In this document: positions 52,971 to 57,462 of the stretch, piece after piece
Layout of the letters: every line of letters begins with the position of its first letter
Position numbering within the stretch: position 1 is the stretch's first letter
NCBI GenBank assembly: GCA_031416075.1
Contig: JANOSY010000046.1
Coordinates: 1-57,462 of the forward strand
Reading direction: 5' to 3'
Source of the DNA: Candidatus Tenderia sp.
GTDB taxonomy: Bacteria > Pseudomonadota > Gammaproteobacteria > Tenderiales > Tenderiaceae
Length of the DNA stretch: 57,462 nucleotides
The notes under the pieces: generated by a model
The model's input: the letters and a program-made list of their open reading frames with translations, nothing else
What the model was told of the DNA's origin: nothing
The model's database searches: none
Translations under genes and position numbers: made by a program

Positions 52971-53735
52971 ATGTCTGCACTATCAAACAAGGTCGCCATT
53001 ATCACTGGAGCAAGTTCCGGGATCGGTTATGCCACAGCAAAGCTGTTCGCCCGAGAGGGCGCCAAGGTTATCATCGCCGCGCGACGCCAACTGGAGCTTG
53101 ATGCACTCGTTGAGCAGATCACCCATGCGGGTGGTCATGCCATCGCGCTTGTCGGCGATGTCAAGGATGAGGCATTCGCAAAAGCCTTGGTCGAACTGGC
53201 TATAGCGCGTTTCGGCGGCCTTGATGTGGCATTCAACAATGCCGGCACAATGGGTGAAATGGGGGCCACGCCAGAGGTGGCGCTTTCAGAGTGGGAGGAG
53301 ACAATCAGGACAAATCTGACAAGTGCCTTCCTCGGAGCGAAGTATCAACTTCCCGCGATGCTTGACCGCAACGGCGGGTCCCTGATCTTCACGTCGACAT
53401 TCGTCGGTTACACCATCGGCCTACCGGGCATGGCAGCCTATGCCGCCAGCAAGGCCGGACTCATCGGCCTCACGCAGGCGCTCGCCGCTGAGTTTGGCCC
53501 CAAGGGTATCCGGGTAAACGCCCTCCTGCCGGGCGGCACGGATACCCCAATGGGCCGGGCCTTCGCCAATACACCGGAAGCGTTGGCGTTCGTCCAGGGC
53601 CTGCACGCGCTGAAGCGTATGGCCTTGCCAGAGGAGATCGCCAAATCCGCTCTTTACCTCGCCTCCGACGCATCGAGTTTCACCACCGGCCTGGCGCTCC
53701 TCGCTGACGGCGGAGTCTCCATCAATCGAACCTGA
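52971..53735 (+). CDS. Short-chain dehydrogenase/reductase
   Basis: TGASSGIG, NNAG, YAASK, VNALLPG.TDT. Confidence 0.93.
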   Translation: MSALSNKVAIITGASSGIGYATAKLFAREGAKVIIAARRQLELDALVEQITHAGGHAIALVGDVKDEAFAKALVELAIARFGGLDVAFNNAGTMGEMGATPEVALSEWEETIRTNLTSAFLGAKYQLPAMLDRNGGSLIFTSTFVGYTIGLPGMAAYAASKAGLIGLTQALAAEFGPKGIRVNALLPGGTDTPMGRAFANTPEALAFVQGLHALKRMALPEEIAKSALYLASDASSFTTGLALLADGGVSINRT

Positions 53736-53907
53736 ATAGGCACAGCCGATGCATATAAAGTGTGAGTCATTAATTTTGTACTTTTGGAACACCCGTTGTT
53801 CTAATCAGCACCCTGAACGATGACGGGAGCTACAATCTTGCGCCAATGTCTTCGGTATTTTGGCATCAAAGTCCGGACGCAGGGCGGCACGACCTTGGAT
53901 AATCTGA

Positions 53908-54735
53908 ATGTCTGACTACGACCGTATCGCCGAAGCAATTTCTTTCATAGCCAGCCGGGTAAACAGCCAGCCCGGCCTGGAAGAAATTTCGCGGCACTTG
54001 CGCCTGAGCCCCTTCCACTTCCAGCGCCTGTTCAGCCGCTGGGCCGGCGTGACACCCAAAAGATTCCTGCAAGTGCTTACGGTGGAGCGCGCCAAGCAAT
54101 TGCTGAGCGAATCGAAACCATTGCTTGAAGTGTCGGACGCCCTGGGATTGAGCAGCGGTTCGCGTTTGTACGACCACTTCGTTCATCTGGAAGCGGTTAC
54201 GCCCGGTGAATACAAGCTGGGCGGGGCAGGTTTAACAATTGAATATGGTGTGCATGACACCCCTTTTGGAAAAGCGTTTATTGCCACGACTCCCAGGGGG
54301 ATCTGTAGTTTTGCGTTTCTGGAATACGCGAAAATCGATGGTCATGTAGCTGGTTTACAAAAAAAGTGGCCGCATGCACTGGTGCACAAAAACCGTCAAC
54401 GAACGCTTGCAGTTATCAAGGCTATGTTCGGCGACGAAAAGAAATTGGACCGCCCGTTGTCTTTGTATGTTTCCGGCACCAACTTTCAGACCAGTGTGTG
54501 GAGAGCTCTGTTGCAGATACCTCCGGCAGCGGTGGTAAGTTACTCCCAAGTCGCAACCGCCATCGGTCATCCGGATTCCGCGAGGGCCGTGGGGCTGGCG
54601 GTAGGCGCGAACCCTGTTGCGTTGCTGATACCCTGCCACCGCGTCATCCAACAGAGCGGGAAGCTCGGTGGCTATCATTGGGGCGAGACCCGCAAGCAGG
54701 CAATCCATGCGTGGGAATCGGCAAGGGTCGAATAA
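53908..54735 (+). CDS. Ada-like AraC-HTH / methylated-DNA--protein-cysteine methyltransferase fusion
   Basis: SPFHFQRLF.RWAGVTPK, GTNFQ..VW.ALL.IP, RAVG.A...NP...IPCHRV. Lacks the Ada Zn-binding N-terminal domain. Confidence 0.92.
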   Translation: MSDYDRIAEAISFIASRVNSQPGLEEISRHLRLSPFHFQRLFSRWAGVTPKRFLQVLTVERAKQLLSESKPLLEVSDALGLSSGSRLYDHFVHLEAVTPGEYKLGGAGLTIEYGVHDTPFGKAFIATTPRGICSFAFLEYAKIDGHVAGLQKKWPHALVHKNRQRTLAVIKAMFGDEKKLDRPLSLYVSGTNFQTSVWRALLQIPPAAVVSYSQVATAIGHPDSARAVGLAVGANPVALLIPCHRVIQQSGKLGGYHWGETRKQAIHAWESARVE

Positions 54736-54771
54736 CCCCGGCCATAACAAGGCACTCTCAGAACCCGGTCT

Positions 54772-55755
54772 CTATCTGGCGGCAAAACTCTGGCGATACT
54801 CGCGCGGCGAGACCCCGACATTTTTCTTGAACAGGCGGCGGAACGCGCTTTCGTCCTGATAGCCGACACGCGCCGGAATCTGTTCGATGCGATAGTTCGT
54901 GCCCGCGAGCAGGGCCTTGCTCGCCTCCAGTCGCAGGCGTTGTAAATACGCGTAGGGGCTCTCGCCGGTGCGTTCCTTGAAACGTCGCACCAAGGTGCGC
55001 ACGCTCACCGCCACATGGCGCGCAATATCCGCGACGCCGATGTCGGCGCGCAGGTGGGCGCGCATCCATTTCTCGGCCTTGAGAATCAGCGGGTCGTGGT
55101 GACTCACGTGATGCGGAATAAGGTCGGCGGTGCGCGTCTCGCGGCGGTTATCCAGAACGAAATAGCGGGCCAGCGCACGCGTCAGCTCACGGCCGGCCGT
55201 GCGCTCAATGAGATGCAGGGTCAGGTCGATGTAGGAAAACGCGCCGCCACTCGTGATGAGGCGGCCGGACTCGGCCAGCGCCGCCGTGGCATCGAGCTTC
55301 ACGGCCGGGTAGTGTTGCTCAAACATTTCAGCGAACCAGGTGGTGGTGGTCGCGGTGTGGCCATTCAGCAACCCGGCCTGCGCCAGCAGGAACGGACCGG
55401 TGCAAGCGGCGGCGACCCACGCACCTTCCGCATAACACGCGGCCAGCCACTGGCTCACCGGTTCCAACTGCACCAACGCCGCGCGTAACGCTTGCGGTTC
55501 GATCAGCGCGATACCCGGCACAATCACAATCTCGGCGGTCGCGCCGGCCAAGCCGCCATCCACCGGCAGGCAATAACCATTGGCAGCGCGAACTGGCGTG
55601 CCATTCGGTGACAACACCTGCGTGGCAAACGGCGGCGGCGCGCCGGGCGCCAAACGCGCGGCGATGTCATTCGCCGCGTGCAACAGATCGAGCGGGCCGA
55701 TCACGCCCGAAGCGTGACAATCGTCGAAGGCCAGTATTGCGACACGTTTCGTCAT
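54772..55755 (-). CDS. GlxA family AraC regulator (DJ-1/PfpI + HTH)
   Basis: AACTG.FLLA.AGLL.G..ATT, S.RTL.RRFK, VGY.D.SAFRRLFK..VG.SP.EYR. Confidence 0.92.
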   Translation of the reverse strand: MTKRVAILAFDDCHASGVIGPLDLLHAANDIAARLAPGAPPPFATQVLSPNGTPVRAANGYCLPVDGGLAGATAEIVIVPGIALIEPQALRAALVQLEPVSQWLAACYAEGAWVAAACTGPFLLAQAGLLNGHTATTTTWFAEMFEQHYPAVKLDATAALAESGRLITSGGAFSYIDLTLHLIERTAGRELTRALARYFVLDNRRETRTADLIPHHVSHHDPLILKAEKWMRAHLRADIGVADIARHVAVSVRTLVRRFKERTGESPYAYLQRLRLEASKALLAGTNYRIEQIPARVGYQDESAFRRLFKKNVGVSPREYRQSFAAR

Positions 55756-55874
55756 TTTCTCGCTCCTGGCGCAAGTTGCGCGCTAATTGGCAGTTCATCC
55801 TCTGGCCTCACAGCGCGTGCTGCCTCACCATGGACAACACGCACGGCAACAACATTTAACACGCAAAGACGACC

Positions 55875-57026
55875 ATGCAGCAACTGACCTACATCCGCAA
55901 GAACACCCTGCAATGGCGGGATGTCGCCGCGCCCACCCTGCAATCGCCCGACGCGGCGCTGGTGCGCCCGTTCGTGGCGGCACGTTGCGACGGCGATCCG
56001 TTGTTCCTGCATCGCGATCTCGCCTGGGCGATGAATACCGGAGTGGCCCTGCACTATCTCGACCCGGTTGTTTCGACCATGCTCGGCGAGCATCCATTCG
56101 GGGGCCCGTTCGCCGTTGGGCACGAAGGTGTTGCGGAAGTGATTGAAGTTGGCGCGACCGTCAAGCAATTCAAAGTTGGTGACGTCGTGATCGTACCCTG
56201 GGCGATCTCCTGTGGGAGTTGTGCGCATTGCCGTATTGGCCTCACTTCACGTTGTGGCGCGCATGACAGCACGCTGCTCTCGGCCTACGGATTCGGCCAG
56301 GCGATGGGCAACTTCGGCGGCATGGTAAGCGATTGCCTGCGTGTGCCGCACGCCGATGCCATGCTGGTCGCGGTGCCACGCGGCGTAAACCCGCTCGCGC
56401 TGGCGAGCGCCTCGGACAATATTCCCGATGGCTGGCGTTGTGTTGCGCCGCAACTCAAGGCGCGCCCAGGCGCGCCGGTGCTAATCGCCGGCGGCGCGGC
56501 GCAAAGCATTGGTCTCTACGCCGCCGGCCTGGCCGTGGCGTTGGGATCGACGCGCGTCGATTATCTCGATTGGCAACGCGAGCGGCTGGACATCGCGGCC
56601 GCATTCGGTGCGAACCCGGTGGCTGTTCCGAGATCTGGAAGAAACAAATGGTTCAAGCGGCACGCACCCGCGGTGTGCGGAGATTTCCCGATTGCCGTCG
56701 ACGCCAGCGCCAATCCGGATGGACTGCGCTACGCCTTGCGCTCGCTTGCACCCGGCGGTATCTGCACCAGCGTCGGATACTATTTCCAGAAGGGAACGGC
56801 CATTCCGCTCATGCAGATGTTCGCCAACGACTCCACGCTGCGCACCGGCGTTTCGCACGCGCGTGCCGCGTTGCCCGAGGTGCTGGCGCTGATCGCCAGC
56901 GGCCGCTTCGATCCGACACGTGTCACGACGCTCGTAGCCGCGTGGAACGAAGCACCGCTGGCGTTTCTCGAACGCACCACCAAGGTGGTGGTGCAGCGCG
57001 CACCGCTGTCGGTGCGCGCGTCATGA
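55875..57026 (+). CDS. Zinc-dependent medium-chain alcohol dehydrogenase
   Basis: Catalytic Zn ligands C (RCDGD) and GHEG, structural Zn CGSCAHC...C. Confidence 0.9.
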   Translation: MQQLTYIRKNTLQWRDVAAPTLQSPDAALVRPFVAARCDGDPLFLHRDLAWAMNTGVALHYLDPVVSTMLGEHPFGGPFAVGHEGVAEVIEVGATVKQFKVGDVVIVPWAISCGSCAHCRIGLTSRCGAHDSTLLSAYGFGQAMGNFGGMVSDCLRVPHADAMLVAVPRGVNPLALASASDNIPDGWRCVAPQLKARPGAPVLIAGGAAQSIGLYAAGLAVALGSTRVDYLDWQRERLDIAAAFGANPVAVPRSGRNKWFKRHAPAVCGDFPIAVDASANPDGLRYALRSLAPGGICTSVGYYFQKGTAIPLMQMFANDSTLRTGVSHARAALPEVLALIASGRFDPTRVTTLVAAWNEAPLAFLERTTKVVVQRAPLSVRAS

Positions 57027-57462
57027 CCGGCCTGTTCGGCAAGCAACGCGCGGCGGCATTGCCTGTCGGTTTCCGACTGCTGCGGACGGCACTCAGACTT
57101 TCCACTCTGGTTTCCACCGAGCTTACTGGCCGTTGGGTAAACCATCTGTGGTTCCGCTCGCGGCGCTATCCGCAACCGGCGCGCGAACAGGAATGGTTGG
57201 CGGATGCACAATCGCTGCAGTTGACACACCGTGGCCGACCGCTCGCCGTACAGCACTGGGGCACGGGGCCAACAGTGCTTTTTGTACACGGCTGGCACGG
57301 TCGCGGCGCGCAACTCGGTGCGTTCGCGGCACCGCTGGTGACGGCCGGTTTCCGGGTGGTGGCCTTCGATGCCCCGGCGCACGGCCGCACGGCCGGCCGC
57401 AGCACCGACCTGCCGGAAGTGAGTGAAGCTTTGTTGACCGTAGCCAATGCGTATGCGCCGCT
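57023..57462 (+). CDS. Alpha/beta fold hydrolase (5' part, runs off window)
   Basis: Not in the ORF track. ATGA overlap with the ADH stop. Translates MTGLFG...WGTGPTVLFVHGWHG...GFRVVAFDAPAHGRT. Confidence 0.85.
   Translation, partial: MTGLFGKQRAAALPVGFRLLRTALRLSTLVSTELTGRWVNHLWFRSRRYPQPAREQEWLADAQSLQLTHRGRPLAVQHWGTGPTVLFVHGWHGRGAQLGAFAAPLVTAGFRVVAFDAPAHGRTAGRSTDLPEVSEALLTVANAYAP

Overview
A 57.5-kb chromosomal window from what looks like a gammaproteobacterium (inferred from gene content and order). Most of it is housekeeping or metabolic: acnA, ettA, ilvI-ilvH-ilvC-pssA-leuA-udg-rimI, metE/metR and nrdAB under a cobalamin riboswitch. Accessory modules are interspersed: arsR-arsM; LysR/GST/PNPOx-like; a NifA-like sigma-54 activator with no nif genes; two orphan GspE/PilB ATPases; two c-di-GMP enzymes; and a GC-rich terminal block (SDR, Ada-like, GlxA-type AraC, Zn-ADH, truncated alpha/beta hydrolase). 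The best candidate for an undescribed system is an AT-richer islet at about 25.25-28.15 kb. It encodes (i) an HsdR-N-type PD-(D/E)xK nuclease fused to a tandemly duplicated 103-aa unit with mostly synonymous differences and a C-terminal domain that I recall resembling phage primase C-termini, (ii) a HEPN-motif protein, and (iii) an addiction-module/ParE toxin-antitoxin pair. The first two genes appear to sit inside a split GTAG-type REP. Other notable points are three sigma-54 promoters (one with IHF site and TGT-N10-ACA UAS), NrdR boxes overlapping the B12 riboswitch, a probably leaderless arsR, and a MIF/tautomerase pseudogene. No rRNA, tRNA or CRISPR array was seen. All family calls come from motif recognition by eye; no database search was run.
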